Assembly: GCF_006345805.1 (NCBI RefSeq)
Contig: NC_042999.1
Coordinates: 138,384,001 to 138,448,000 of the forward strand
Source: Octopus sinensis
Lineage: Eukaryota
Reading direction: 5' to 3'
Length of the DNA: 64,000 bases
The notes under the pieces were generated by a model that saw only the letters and a list, made by a program, of their open reading frames with translations, did not search any database and was not told where the DNA came from. This document shows positions 1 to 13,562 of this stretch, in pieces; the first letter of the stretch is position 1, and each line of letters starts with the position of its first letter. The position numbers and the translations under genes are program-made.

Positions 1-143
1 CTTAATTGAAATCACAATCCTTTATTATAATTTCACACAGTCATTCTAGGAATCATATACCCAAACTGGTTTAGAACAAAATTAGAAACACTAATATAGA
101 GCTAATTTATCTTTGCTGTGTAACAGTATGTATGTATGTATGG

Positions 144-685
144 TGTTCTCTTTCTTATTTTAATTTAGAATAAATTTTGACCAATCTTCTTGGTAGCAAG
201 GTTGTGAAGGAAAGCATCTTGTTTGGTTCATTACCCTTTAAATCTTCAGGTCTTGCAGATTTTTATAATCTCAGATATCCTCATTTGTAATGTATGAATT
301 ATGGATTTGCGTCCTCTCCCCATGAATCTAAGTTCAGCCACACTTTGCTCCAAATGGGTTGATATGTACCCTGTTGCCGCAATAATAATAGGTATGAAAG
401 TGAAAGTGTATCATGGATACTGAATGTGCAAACACTTTATCAATAGTCCACAGATGTCTTCTTTTTCTTGTATTTTTCTAACCACTGGCATCCAGAGGGC
501 TGTTGATTTCCACAACAGAACATATATTTTCTTTGTGGTCCCATGCAACGCTATCTGATCAGTTGCGTTTTTAACTTGGTGACTGCTTTAAATTTTAAGT
601 TCCGCCAAAATTTTTTTGACTCATCTATTGTAATTTAGTCAACTTCGTCTGTAGGTGTTTTTTTTTGTTATCCTGTCCCAGACAA
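144..685 (-). mobile_element. Decayed 3' end of an RLE-type (R4/Dong-like) non-LTR retrotransposon, restriction-like endonuclease region
   Basis: Minus-strand translation across frameshifts and stops gives IVWDR...ICSVVEINSPLDA...EKEDICGLLIKCLHIQYP*YTFTFIPIIIAATGYI...IIKICKT, which resembles the PD-(D/E)xK C-terminus of RLE LINEs; (TATG)n on both sides. Confidence 0.7.
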
Positions 686-890
686 TGTATGTATGTATGT
701 ATGTATGTATGTATGTATGTATGTATGTATGTATGTATGTATGTATGTATGAATGCATGCATGTATGTACGTACGTACGTATGTATGTTTGTATGTACGT
801 ATGTATGTATGTGTGCGTGTAATATATATATATATATGTATGTGTATGTATATGTGTGTGTGTGTGTGCGCGCATGTATGTGTATGTGAG
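686..890. repeat. Compound (TATG)n/(TA)n/(TG)n microsatellite
   Basis: Directly visible. Confidence 0.95.
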
Positions 891-1174
891 CGTATCAGTG
901 TCTTCTTTGCTAGAGATAAGGTAGGAAACTACTGTAATGATGACTCCTGCTGAGGGAGAAACATGTGATCAGAGCTATCCTTTTATCTCCAGAAAATATT
1001 GTCCTTAATAAGCCTATTTTTGAGAATTCATAGATTCTTCCAATTGGAATTTGGTTCCAAAATATCTTATTAAGCGATTGTTCTACCTTCTCTAGAAGCT
1101 GAGGTCATTTCAATAAAGCAGAAAACGTTGTTTGGTATTTAATATATCCTCATTTGTCTTTGCTTTATTCACAT

Positions 1175-1193
1175 ACACACACACTCATCGAGG

Positions 1194-1225
<32 letters not shown>

Positions 1226-1226
1226 A

Positions 1227-1273
<47 letters not shown>

Positions 1274-1330
1274 TATATATACATACATACATACATACAT
1301 ATATACATATATATATATATACATATATAT
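1175..1330. repeat. (TA)n/(TACA)n microsatellite
   Basis: Directly visible. Confidence 0.95.
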
Positions 1331-2123
1331 AACTTAGAATAACTTAGAAAGGTTTTTGGCCAGTATTGGCCCAGGCCATGTCTAACTTAATAACACCACC
1401 TGGCGAAGTCTTTCAGTTCAGGATTTGGGCACCAAGGCCCATTCGAGCAGAGAGTTATTGTTTGCGGAGACATATCCAGGTGTGGGTGGTTTGTCCGGTA
1501 CTGTTTGAAGGAATTTGTCCAAAGACTTCTTGAATTTTGTGTGGTCAGTTTCTTTTTTGACGTGTCCTGGTGTAATGTTGAAGAGAGCGGGTCCAATTGA
1601 GGTGAAATAGTTGTGCCGTATTGTCGTTATGTGATGCGATTTAGATTTTTGTTGTGGACGGATGGCACGTGGTCCAAGCCTTGGATGCATTTTGAAGGTG
1701 ATGCCAACATCATTCGGACAGTGCTGATGGAATATTTTCCACATCATACAGATAATGTAGCGTTCACGGCGTCGTTGGAGTGAATACAATTTCAGCTTCT
1801 CTAGTCTACCCCAGTAGTCAAGGTCTGACATGCCATCTATCTTTTTTGTGATTGACCTTTGGGGAGCTTCAATTCTCATAATATTTTGTTTTGTGTAGGG
1901 AGACCACAGTGGACAGCAGTATTCAAGGTGGGGTCGGGCAAAAGTGGAGAAGAGAAGGATAATAGCGTGGGAATCTCTCCACTGGAAGGTTCTGAGAATC
2001 CAGGAACACATTCTGCGGGCCATGTCAACTTTGCTGCTTATATGTGTAGCCCAGCTTATGTGTTGTCCACTGTTACTCCCAGGTCTCTGATGTTGTTGGA
2101 TGCCATGAGAATTTCTCCAGAAG
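1331..2123 (-). mobile_element. 5'-truncated CR1-clade LINE (ORF2 C-terminus, 3' UTR and short tandem tail)
   Basis: ORF 1418-2023 carries RPHLEYCCPLWSPY, LKLYSLQRRRER and FKKSLDKFLQTVPD, typical of CR1/L2 ORF2 ends; upstream in-frame IRDLGVTVD; tail of TTCTAAGTT(A) x2 at 1331-1349. Confidence 0.92.
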
Positions 2124-2360
<237 letters not shown>

Positions 2361-3267
2361 TTTGTGTGTCTATACATAAAACAAGTAACATTGAGCAGTA
2401 TGATATAGATTTCCTTCTAACAAAGTTATTTTTCATAAAAATCTGGAATAAATAGAAACGAAATAAAGTAAGTCAAACTATATATTGTATTGACTTCCAA
2501 ACAAAGGTACAAATGAAAAGATGGTGGCTGGAGTAATGTGAGACTTAAAAAAAGCAATACAAATCTTGAATGTTCTATTTTTTTCTGCTTTTGTCGTCTA
2601 CACTCATGATTAAGTTTCATTTTATTCCTAGGTATTCTTTTACTATTTCTACCCAGTGTAAAATACACCTGTCTTTTCCTCCCACCTGTATACAATGAAT
2701 CTTAACACTGTGATAATGAATGGAAGTCTAATTCATTCAACTTCAGCTATTTCACAGTAAAGTAGCTTGTTTACCTGCTCACATCCCAGACATAGACACA
2801 TACAACCATATACACACAGACAGATATATTGAAACATGTGTAAATATACACTACATATACACAATTGTCATTGTTATTATTTTCCGGGGTTGGTAAAATC
2901 AGTAGAGCACCGAACAAAAGAACTGTTATTTTGTGACGTATCTTTACGGTCTGATTTGAAACAACGCCAGTTCGGACATAGCTTTTATGATTCAATAAGA
3001 GTCAATAAAATATGTGCCTGTCAAATAATCAACTATTACCTCCCAACATATGTGTGGACTTCGTAAAACGTATTATTATTATAAGATGGCAGAAGAGGTA
3101 GAGTGATCTGGCTCTTTACGCTTTTAGTTCAAATCCCGACGGCAATCATTGTTATTCATCCCTCCGATGCCGATAAAATAAAGAACCAGTCACACACTGA
3201 GACCGATGCAATCGATTTACCCTTCCACTCGGAAGTGCTGACTTTGCGTCAAAGTTAGAAAGAGTAA

Positions 3268-3482
3268 TGCGGTGAGCTGGCAGAATTGTTATCACTTCGA
3301 ACGAAATGCTTAACGGCATTTCGTCTTCAGCTCTTTACGTTCAGAATTCAAATTCCACCAATGTCGACATTGCCTGTATACTTTCGGGTTGATAAAGTAC
3401 CAGAGTCGATATAATACTGGAGTCGATATAATAGATTTGACTCTCGCCTCAAAACTGTTGGCCTTATGCCAAAATTAGAAAG
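3268..3482 (+). mobile_element. tRNA-derived SINE, family A (diverged copy)
   Basis: GCGGTGAGCTGGCAGAATTGTTA head and AATTCAAATTCC B-box-like motif; homologous to many copies in this window. Confidence 0.8.
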
Positions 3483-3494
3483 AAATATTATTTC

Positions 3495-4830
3495 TCAAGG
3501 CTCGTTTTAAAAAGTTGGAGTGTTGCAATGTACAGTGATATTTGTTCGGTGGCCAGAGTAAATGGCCATCTATCGGAACCGTTCAGTATCATACATTCGG
3601 ATCGCTAAGGGTACCCATTTCCTTTCTTTCTACTTACTGACTCGAAAGCCATTTCTGAAGAAGCAGCCGGTTTGGAGGAGTATCCACGAGAATTAGGATG
3701 CTGGAGATCCGTGTTAGCATATGCGAACGACATCACCGTTAGCGTGTCAGACACCAAAAGCATCGAGATGACCTACACTGCTTCAAAAGAGTACAAAACT
3801 TTGACAAGAGCAAAAGTTAACCAAAAGTCATTAAACCTGAAGCTAGGCACCTGGAAAGGTAGATCCGAGCCATCCAGCATCGACGTGAAACACCGAACGG
3901 ACGGACCCGTCAAATTGCTTAAGGTTTGGTTTAGTTTGGTTTGGTCTAGGTGGACGAGACGCGCAGGATAGCTAGTCTCACTCAGAATACGGATCGGGCA
4001 GAGGTGATCAATGTCTTCATCGTATCCGTCATATGCTATCATCTGACCGTCGTACTTTATCTTGTTTCATGGCTGACCAGAATGGAATGCTTGCTCTTCC
4101 ACTTCTTTTGAAGGGGATGCGTTCCACTATTTAGATGGCCCATTTGCTGTCAATTTCTACTGCATGGCGGACTGGGTATGCCGTTGTAGATGATGCGCTG
4201 TCATGCGCTATTGCTATGAAATCTCCAGTGCTTTCTTGACAGGAAGGGCCGCTCGCCGTTTACTAGACGCTCTTTTCAGCAACACGTCTCTTTGACAGAG
4301 CTACTGTTCTAGATCAAGAAAGGCGGCATGGTATCTAGCCGTCAGCCCTCTGCCACTTGAGCAATGCGGTCGGTTGATATTCCACCATGGCGTTCTATAG
4401 AGAGTTAGCGGTAGGTAAGAGCGACACCGTCCTCCGTCCTCCAGGAAACTCTAGGCGTTGAGAAAAATCTATTGGCTGGTCTTCTACGGAGAACTTTTGG
4501 ACCGGGATCCATGGAGGATTTCCAGAAATACTTGACTTGGCAGAGTTACCGGTAGGAGCGAAGCATCACTGGTTCGGTATAAACTGTACAGACATGGTTG
4601 TGCCGTCAGCTGTGCCCGCTCGAGATGAGCGCAGGGCGACGAAACTCTCTTGCACACCATCGAAAAATCATCGATGACTTGTGGAGTTATGTCGAACAGC
4701 TGCTATCATGTTTAGAGCAGTTTCAGTTATCAGCCGACTCCACTGACTTCTTTTGGCTGGGAAGAACAAGCAGTTTTCCTATGTCTGGTGGTTATGGCAA
4801 AACAAGCTGTGTGGTGAGGTCTATTGATTA
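3495..4830 (+). mobile_element. Decayed Tx1/L1-clade LINE, RT domain to C-terminal region
   Basis: AMYSDICSVARVNGHLSEPFSI...R*GYP (RQGCP motif), LAYANDITV (YADD), AKVNQKS, and a C-terminal QAVFLCLVVMAKQAVW homologous to the piece at 46.2 kb; many frameshifts. Confidence 0.85.
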
Positions 4831-6145
4831 ATTCATATCGCAAACTCTTCTTTTTTATGCAAATTAAGCAAAATAATTTACTTCTGTCTAAGTATGTGTA
4901 TATTATAAAAATATCTATAAGCTGCTAGTCTCTCCAAGGACAGGGAAAAGCAACAGATCACTGATGAAGCTTTAATAAATACTAAAACTGGTAATATCGA
5001 TATCTTTTCCTGACTACAGAGAGGAAACAAGTGATTTAATGAGTGTCTACACTTCTCGGCAAAGCTAAATGTGTGTTTACTAAATAAATAAATTAAATAA
5101 AAACATCTGAAGTTTAGATTATACTTCTCTTTTCCCATTCCCGCTCTCTCAATGTATGTATGCATGCATGTATGTGTGTGTGTGTGTATGGGGTGGTGTA
5201 CAATTTTATTATTTTATAACTGTAGAATCTACAAATGCACAATTTATTTCTCATAACCAAATTTTATCATGGCATTAATGAGGAATTAAAAGTTGTGCTT
5301 ATATAATCATGTTATGAAAGGGATACAAGAGAACGAGGCATATGGACATTGAGAGAAGGATGATTGTAAAGGGGTATATGAGATTATACTTTGGTATTGC
5401 CTGTACGTGCTATTTCAAAGAAAACAAAGAATTCTATTTATAGTTTTGTGGAGCAGTGTAGGTGGCAAATTACGTCTACTTTATGGGCATCTTAATTTTA
5501 TGATTAAAAAGTAGTATTCCGTTGAGGCCAAAGTTGTAAGTGGATAAAAAGATTCGTGTATATATTTAGGTTATTTTCTGGCTATTTGCGTGATCCAACA
5601 ACTATGAAATGCAGCTTACAGTTTATCTGAGACTTGGCAGGAGAGCACAATGAAAGATGTAGTAGTGATATGTAAATATAACTCTTTTATATTTTAATTT
5701 TATCTATTTAGTTTATTGTCTATTCCATTAAATGTTGTGTTTATTTGAGTATAATTTAGGAAAAGGAGAGGAGCGAAACGTGTTGATAGAGGTGGTAGTT
5801 ACATGCTGTTATTATTGTCTGAATCCATATAATTCTAACGAATGTCTTAGGAATTCATTCGGTAATTTAGTGAATGGGAGGATGTAGTAACTACTAATTT
5901 AATAATGTTTATTAAGAGAAGTGAATGCGTTCGTTGTGCAAGCAATTCATAAAAAAACAATCGTGATTAACGCGTGATTAATATGCTTAGTTCAAGAGTG
6001 TTACGAGAGATACTGAAAAGTTTGTTTATGTAACTGAGGAGTTATAAAATGCAAAAAGTGACTAGATGATTCATTTTTGTGTGTTTATTTGTAACTTGAC
6101 GTAAGAATTATAAATAAAATATTAAGTTGTAAGCATACTTTATAT

Positions 6146-6208
<63 letters not shown>

Positions 6209-6567
6209 TGCATTGAGTGTTCTTTTAAATACTGTTCTGTTGGCACTAATTTTACGGCGTTAATATTGATCGTTTCATTATATAGTTATATGATGAAAGT
6301 TGTTTTAATTATATTTATTTCATCCGGAAGTAGTTTTTAGGTTTCATTTTTTTTAAGCGTTTTTCAGTGGGTGCATTGTTCACGAGAGTTGATTGAAATC
6401 AATGACAATGCACTTGGTAGTTCAGCATTGACGTTTGTAGATTCATAAATGCACGTGCTAACTCTTACACGCACACCTGCATCCACATCCTTCTCATGCA
6501 TACATATAGGCATAATATATATTTGAAGGAAGCTAAAAAAATCGAAAATATAAACAGAATATAAATA

Positions 6568-7560
6568 TTGGGTTGGCAACTAATTTCCCGCGGTTTTTTT
6601 TAAATTTAAATTTAAAAAAAAAGGTTTAATGAAAAATGACTAATTAATCAGTAATGTTTTCACCCTTGTTGTTTACAACTTCTTCCCAACGTTCAACAAG
6701 ATTTTCAATACCTCGTTGGTAGAAATCACTCGATTCCGATTCGAAAAATTGATCCAGCCAAGCTTTCAATTCTGCATTAGTATTGAACGAAACTCCGCGC
6801 ATAGCATTTAAAAGAGATCGAAAGAGGTGGAAATCTGTTGGTGCCAAATCAGGAGAGTACGGCGGGTGTGGTAGCACTTCCTAGCCATGTGTTTGAATGG
6901 CTTCCTTGGTCATATTGGCGCTATGAGAGCAGATGTTGTGCAGCAGAAGAACTCCATGCTGCCGATTAGGTCTTTTCTCTTTAATAGCCGTGTTGAGTCG
7001 TTCCATCAGTTGCACATAGAGTTTCGCTTTGACCGTTTGGTTCCGTTCAAGCAATTCGTAATGTGTAATCCCTTCCCAGTCCCACCATACGCACATCATT
7101 TTACGCGGACGAAGATCTTGTTTCGCACGCGGTGTCACTTGTTAACCGGAGCTAAGCCATTCTTCACGCTGCTTCATATTGATGTACAAGCACCATTTTT
7201 CGTCGCCAGTAACGATTCGGTAAAGAAATCGTTACTTGTGTCCATGAGTTGAGCGGTGACGAGCAAGCAAACCAGCGGAGATTGTGGCCCGTTGATTTTT
7301 GTTGTTGTCGCTTAAAGCATGCGGAGCCCATGCTCCATACTTCTGAACCTTTCCCATCGAGTGAAAATGCTTCTCTATAACAGTGGAGCATTCCATTTCC
7401 TCTGCCAATTCCCTTGTCGTTTGACGAGAATTTTCGTGCAAAATTTGGTTTAATCGCTCTTCATCGAACTCAACTGGACGGCCAGAACGAGGTGCGTCTT
7501 TGAAGTCAAAATTTCCATTTCTGAACTTGGCATACCAATCACGAGCGGTTCTTTTAGCTC
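6568..7560 (-). mobile_element. Mariner transposon (DD34D, mellifera-subfamily-like), 5'-truncated and inactivated
   Basis: TA followed by TIR TTGGGTTGGCAACTAA at 6568; transposase motifs RSGRP, RIVTGDEKW, MMCVWWD and HPPYSPDLAPTDFHLF, broken by stops and frameshifts. Confidence 0.93.
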
Positions 7561-7707
7561 GTTGAATAAATTTGAAGGTTTAGACGTGTTGATCAGGAGT
7601 TTTTACTTCTGTACATTCATGATTATTCTTGGGGTGCTGTGTAAGGTTTTAAATATTTGTAGGGTTTGAGAGTTTCAGGTTAGCAGGATGATGACTTTTC
7701 GGAGAAT

Positions 7708-7888
<181 letters not shown>

Positions 7889-8789
7889 ATCTTGATATTC
7901 TTTTAGATTATAATACTGCCAATGCTTTCATCCTTTGGTGGATGGATTTTAATCCACATTAATTTGTTTGCTAAATTCAGAACAGCGATATAAACTTTTC
8001 GTTATTCTGTTGAAATATGAGTCAAGCATTCTCATGAGCTCTTATGTTTGTATTACACTATTTATATCATCTCATCTTGAGTATTCAAACGCCTGTGCTT
8101 GCATGTTTGTGTGTCTCTGTGGTTCTGAAGTACTTACAATATCTGCGCACGTTGTAGTTATAACATGCTTCTTGGGAATAAAATACTTCAAATTTAAACT
8201 CCATTGTCTTGCTAGTATGACTTCGTCTCACACACTTTGCCTGTCTTCATCCATGGGTCAAATAGTCTCAGTATGGAAGTAGAGGTATCGCACATCTGTA
8301 ACAATGTAATACCGCAATTTCTGTACTTTCCAACACAAGAAATGTATAGTATATACGGGAGTAGTCACCGTTCATGACAGCAGCCCTTCTTGAATTGCTT
8401 CGTAATTAGTCAGGGATTTCATTGATCACTGGTGACTGAGAAATTTCTTGGGGCCACAGACGGTGGACCACTGATTGCAGCGGTCAGAGTATAACACACT
8501 GAAATGTCGCCACCTAAGTAGCTCCAGACACAAGGAAAATGTAGTATACACGAGAGCGGTTGTGATATGCCCATCCCCTGCATGGATGCGTCCAGTCCAG
8601 AAGTGTTGCATGGGCGAAGGCAATGATTTCATTGAACACCTTTGAAAAAATACGATAACTTAAGACATCTTCCTCTACTTATTTATATTATTTATTTCTT
8701 TATGTCTTTCTCTTTTTTGTTATTTATTAGCAATTATAACTTATTTTTGTGAGTAGCTGCAAGATTGCCGTCTAATTTGACGGACGAAC

Positions 8790-9104
8790 TATGCATGCAT
8801 GTATGTATGTATGTATGTATGTATGTATGTATGTATGTATGTATGTATGTATGTATGATGTATGTATGTATGTATGTATGTATGTGTGTATATATGTATG
8901 TATGAATGAATGTATGTATGTATGTATATGTGTATGTATGTATGTATGTATGTATGTATGTATGTGTGTATGTATGTATGTATGTGTGTGTGTATGTATG
9001 TATGTATGAATGAATGTATGTATGTATGTATATATGTATGTATGTATGTATGCATGTATGTATGTATGTATGTATGTATGTACGTACGTACGTACGCATG
9101 CATG

Positions 9105-9138
<34 letters not shown>

Positions 9139-9490
9139 TGCATGTATGTATGTATGTACGTTATATGTATGTACGTACGTACGGATGCATGCATGCATGC
9201 AAGCATACGTATATACGTATGTTCAAGTATTCAAGGAATACAGCTTTTAACAAAGTAAACAAGTTATATACGTATGTTTGAATGTATGTATATGCGTATG
9301 TACGCATGTATGTATGTAAGTAGTACGTACGTACGTACGTACGTATGCATGTATGTACGTATGTACGTATGCATGCTTGTGTATATATAAGTATTAAGTG
9401 CGTACGTATGAATGACTATACGTATACATTTGTGCGCGTTTGTCACTGTAAGAGCTGTGTGTGTATGAGCGCGTGTATGTGAGTGTGGAT
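8790..9490. repeat. About 700-bp degenerate (TATG)n/(TACG)n simple-repeat field
   Basis: Directly visible. Confidence 0.95.
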
Positions 9491-9627
9491 GTGTGCGTGC
9501 TTCCCTTACGTATTCATGTCACTCAGAAAAGTAAGGATGGTTTATATGGCGATATATAAATGAAAGTCAACAATGAACTGTTCATACAATTGATTGTCTA
9601 CTTCCGCTGTATTTTTACACATATATA

Positions 9628-10008
9628 TTCTCGTTTCTCGTTTACTTGTTTCAGTCATTTGACTGCGGCCATGCTGGAGCACCGCTTTTAATCGAGCAAC
9701 TCGACCCCGGGACTTATTCTTTGTAAGCCCAGTACTTATTCTATCGATCTCTTTTTGCCGAACTGCTAAGTGACGGGGACATAAACACACCAGCATCGGT
9801 TGTCAAGCAATGCTAGGAGGACATATACATACATACATATATACGACAGGCTTCTTTCAGTTTCCGTCTACCAAATCCACTCACAAGGCATTGATCGGGC
9901 CGAGGCTATAGCAGAAGACACTTGCCCAAGATGCCACGGAGTGGGACTGAACCCGGAACCATGTGGTTGATAAGCAAGCTACTTACCACACAGCCACTCC
10001 TGCGCCTA
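9628..10008 (-). mobile_element. tRNA-derived SINE, family B, near full length
   Basis: Minus strand reads AGGCGCAGGAGTGGCTGTGTGGTAAG...GGTTCAGTCCC...GACTGAAACAAGTAAA; same family at 22971, 37530 and 43997. Confidence 0.88.
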
Positions 10009-10638
10009 TTTTCACTAAAAAACAACGAACATTATATTTTCACTGCATATTGTTTTATTTTTGTCTCCACATTCTTGTTAGCCGTAATACTGAGTAAAGA
10101 AAATCATGAATAAATAAAATAAAATAAAATAAAATAAAATAAAATAAAATAATTAAAATGACAAATAAACGAAAAAGTTACAAAAACAAAATTTTCCCTT
10201 CATGTATGTATATTCTGTTTTATAGACGTACAACTATCATCACCGATACTAGATCCAATCACCGCCAATAACCACAACAGCAAAACCCTGTATTCACGAC
10301 TCTACTAACACCGCAACCACCACCACCACCAACACTGCAAACTATAAACCAATCAACATCACAACCATGCCTGTTATCACTCACCATCACCACAACTACA
10401 CGCCTCCTCCTCCTCCTCCTCCCAGTCATCATCGTCATCATCATTAGTAGCTGCCGCAACAGCAACAGTAGCAGCGTCGCATCATTGCCGGATAATCTCC
10501 ACTTGAAGTTAAACGTGCGTAAACAAGGGCGGATAAAATCCAGTTGAAGTAACGTCAAAAGTGGGGAAAAACAAAATCTACTCTCGTCAGGGAAATACTC
10601 TTTTCATAAAGTAGAAATACGCAATAATAATAATAATA

Positions 10639-10713
<75 letters not shown>

Positions 10714-10715
<2 letters not shown>

Positions 10716-11269
10716 GCCCTGATGCAGTACCAGGCAGAGGCTCTCATGGCTTCTGATCTTAACTGATTGGAAGTGTTATCATGTACATTGTTTTGTCTTG
10801 GTATAAAAGATGGGCTACAGCAAATATTCTGCTCAATACCACAGATTTGCTTGTCAGTTGTTTGACCTTAACCAGTTGAGCATGTCCCTTAGTGGCTGAT
10901 GATATGTGCATCTCTGATCACGAGCAGAAGTAGTGGGGGAGCATCATAGCCATGTGTTGAGAGGGATTCTTTGGGGTTTGAATAGTTCACCTCTGGAAAC
11001 ATGGGTGGTTCTTTCAACATCCTTAAACAACCCTTATTCAGGGACCGTTTGAGCGGGATGGGTTACCTGACCAGAAGAAAATTCTAACTGGGCCCCACCT
11101 GCAAGGTCATGTGCTGTATATCTTGATATGAGATCGCCATGTCGCGCACATATGGTTGTGATGCATGTGCCTGGTGTACCTTTATCAGACGGGTAGTCAT
11201 GATGGGTATATTGGGCTTCGTATATTTTACCCCAGTGTCACTTTGATGGCATGAACTGCTCTCTCACTC
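10714..11269. mobile_element. (AAT)n-embedded non-coding interspersed element, copy 1
   Basis: Runs ATGCCCTGATGCAGTACC...CTGCTCTCTCACTC; colinear, high-identity second copy at 11361; AAT arrays at both ends. Confidence 0.75.
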
Positions 11270-11287
11270 AATAATAATAATAATAAT

Positions 11288-11360
<73 letters not shown>

Positions 11361-11362
<2 letters not shown>

Positions 11363-11920
11363 GCCCTGATGCAGTACCAGGCAGTGGCTTTCATGGCTTC
11401 TGATCTTAATTGATTGGAAGTGATATCATGTACATTGTTTTGTCTTGGTGTAAAAGATGGGCTACAGCAAATATTCTGCTCAATACCACAGATTTGCTTG
11501 TCAGTTGTTTGTCCTTAACCAGTTGAGCATGTCCCTTAGTGGCTGACGATATGTGCATCTCTGACCATGAAGAGAAATAGTGGGGGAGCATCATAGCCGT
11601 GTGTTGTGAGGGATTTTTTGGGGTTTGAATTATTCACCTCTGGAAACATGGGTGTTTCATTCAACATCCTTGAACAACCCTTATTCAGAGACCTTTTGAA
11701 CGGGATGGGTTACCTGACCAGAAGAAAATTCTAACTGGGCCCCACCTGCAACGTCATGTGCTGTATATCTTGATATGAGATCGCCATGTCACGCACACAT
11801 GGTTGTGATGCATGTGCCTAGTGTACCCTTATCAGACGAGTAGTCATGATGTGTATACTGGGTTTCGTATATTTTACCCCAGTGTCACTTTGATGGCATG
11901 TACTGCTCTCTCACTCACTC
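11361..11920. mobile_element. (AAT)n-embedded non-coding interspersed element, copy 2
   Basis: Same termini as copy 1, with scattered substitutions. Confidence 0.75.
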
Positions 11921-11981
<61 letters not shown>

Positions 11982-11992
11982 TAATAATAATG

Positions 11993-12047
<55 letters not shown>

Positions 12048-12144
12048 TAATAACAAGGCTAGACATTTCTAAAGAGCGGGGGGTGGGTTATAAAAATTAT
12101 TAATAGGGCATACTTTATCGACCTTGGCGATAAAGAATATCTGT

Positions 12145-12323
12145 AGATCTTTTCCTGGCGGCAAAGTGGCAAAGCGGTTACAAAAATGGACAAAGAAATT
12201 TGTACTGTTTATTCCAGTTCCTTGTACTCTTAGTTCCGACACATTCTACCAGTGTCCGAAGTTTGAAATTGTTTAGTTACAAAAAATCATTTTTTAAATC
12301 TGTCGGTCAAAAGGTAAAGATCC
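12145..12323. mobile_element. Degraded relative of the GGATC-ended MITE at 27944
   Basis: ACATTCTACCAGTGTCCGAAGTTTGAAATT...AAAGATCC matches the reverse complement of the 27944 element's left terminus. Confidence 0.4.
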
Positions 12324-13372
12324 TAAAAAAGTTGTTCCCTAATTGCTTTTCTTGGCAAGATTCAATCATTAACACATGGGTTTTCTCTTCATTATGAGTG
12401 GAATTTTATATTACACATTCCTTTGCACACTATATTACATACGTTATCCCCTGTTAACTAGAATTGCAATAACACTCATTTCCATTTCCAGTACAGACGC
12501 AAGACCACACAAAGATCTGAAGTTGACTTAAATAACCCCATTATTTAATTAATTGGTACTTATGGAGTCCCTTAATGAGTAAATTGCAATGTCTAGAGGC
12601 AGTATGATTCAAACTCAAGACGTAAAGCGCAGAAATAATCACCACAAAACATTTTGTTCGATGCACTAAGCGATTCTAACAACCCAGTCCCTTTAGTAAT
12701 TGCTTCTGTAATAGATACAAGATCTGAAATTGTGTACAAGGGGTTAATCAGTAATACTTGTCTTCGCACCTTGACCGTTCTTTAGTTTGTCGATCTAGAA
12801 GGGAAGAAACACAAAATTAATTTCGGCAGGATTTGAACGCGGAACGTAAAGTGCCGGAATAATGATGAGAAAAAGGAGAAGGAGGAGGAAGAGGGAAAGG
12901 AGGAGGAGAAGGTGAGGAGGTGAAGAATGACGACGACGCGGACGACAAGAACGGGGGACAACAGCGACAAAAACAGCAATTTTAGCTACTATAAGCAATT
13001 ATAACCTTTATCATTCATGCATACGAAATATGAAACGCTTAAGCTGGTGGTCTACAAAAACGTGTGATTTAGGGCGGACAAAGTTGAATAAAAAAAAAAG
13101 GCATGGGGAGCATAAAACGAAGACACTTAAAAAAAAAAGACTGTGCAAAATTAGAGACATATAATAAATAACTATAAAAGAAGAAATGTTCTAAATGCAG
13201 ATGACTTGAGAAAGAACTGATGCCCTGCTTTAGTGTTTGATAATCTAGTATTATTTGAAGTTTTTCTCCATTCCGGCTCTATTTGGACTTTCAATCGATT
13301 CTAAATCTCATATGGCCATCATCATCGTCATCTTGAGTAGAGGGAATCTTCTCGCATTCTTTAGTTGTCTTC

Positions 13373-13562
13373 AAGGGTGTTTAGCCCTTTGTGGGTAGTA
13401 AGAAATAGGTATTTCGTTCTGAGTTCAAATTCCGCTGAGCTCAACTTTACCTTTCATCTTTTCGGAGTCAATAAATTATGTAGCAGTTGCGTACTGGGGT
13501 CGATCTAATCTACTAGCCTCCTCCCCCAAAATTTCGGGCTTTATGTCTAAGGTAGAAAAAAG
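13373..13562 (+). mobile_element. SINE family A, 5'-truncated, with 17-bp TSD
   Basis: TSD ATTCTTT(A/G)GTTGTCTTC at 13356-13372 and 13563-13579. Confidence 0.8.

Larger units (their letters stand above)
10623..12053. repeat. Three (AAT)n arrays (10623-10713, 11270-11360, 11921-12053) enclosing two copies of a ~556-bp element
   Basis: Directly visible. Confidence 0.95.

Noticed and set aside
10259-10558. Thr/Pro/His-rich open frames (e.g. ...YTPPPPPPPSHHRHHH*)
   Set aside because: Degenerate ACC/CCT/CAT triplet repeats; no consistent splice sites or recognisable domain
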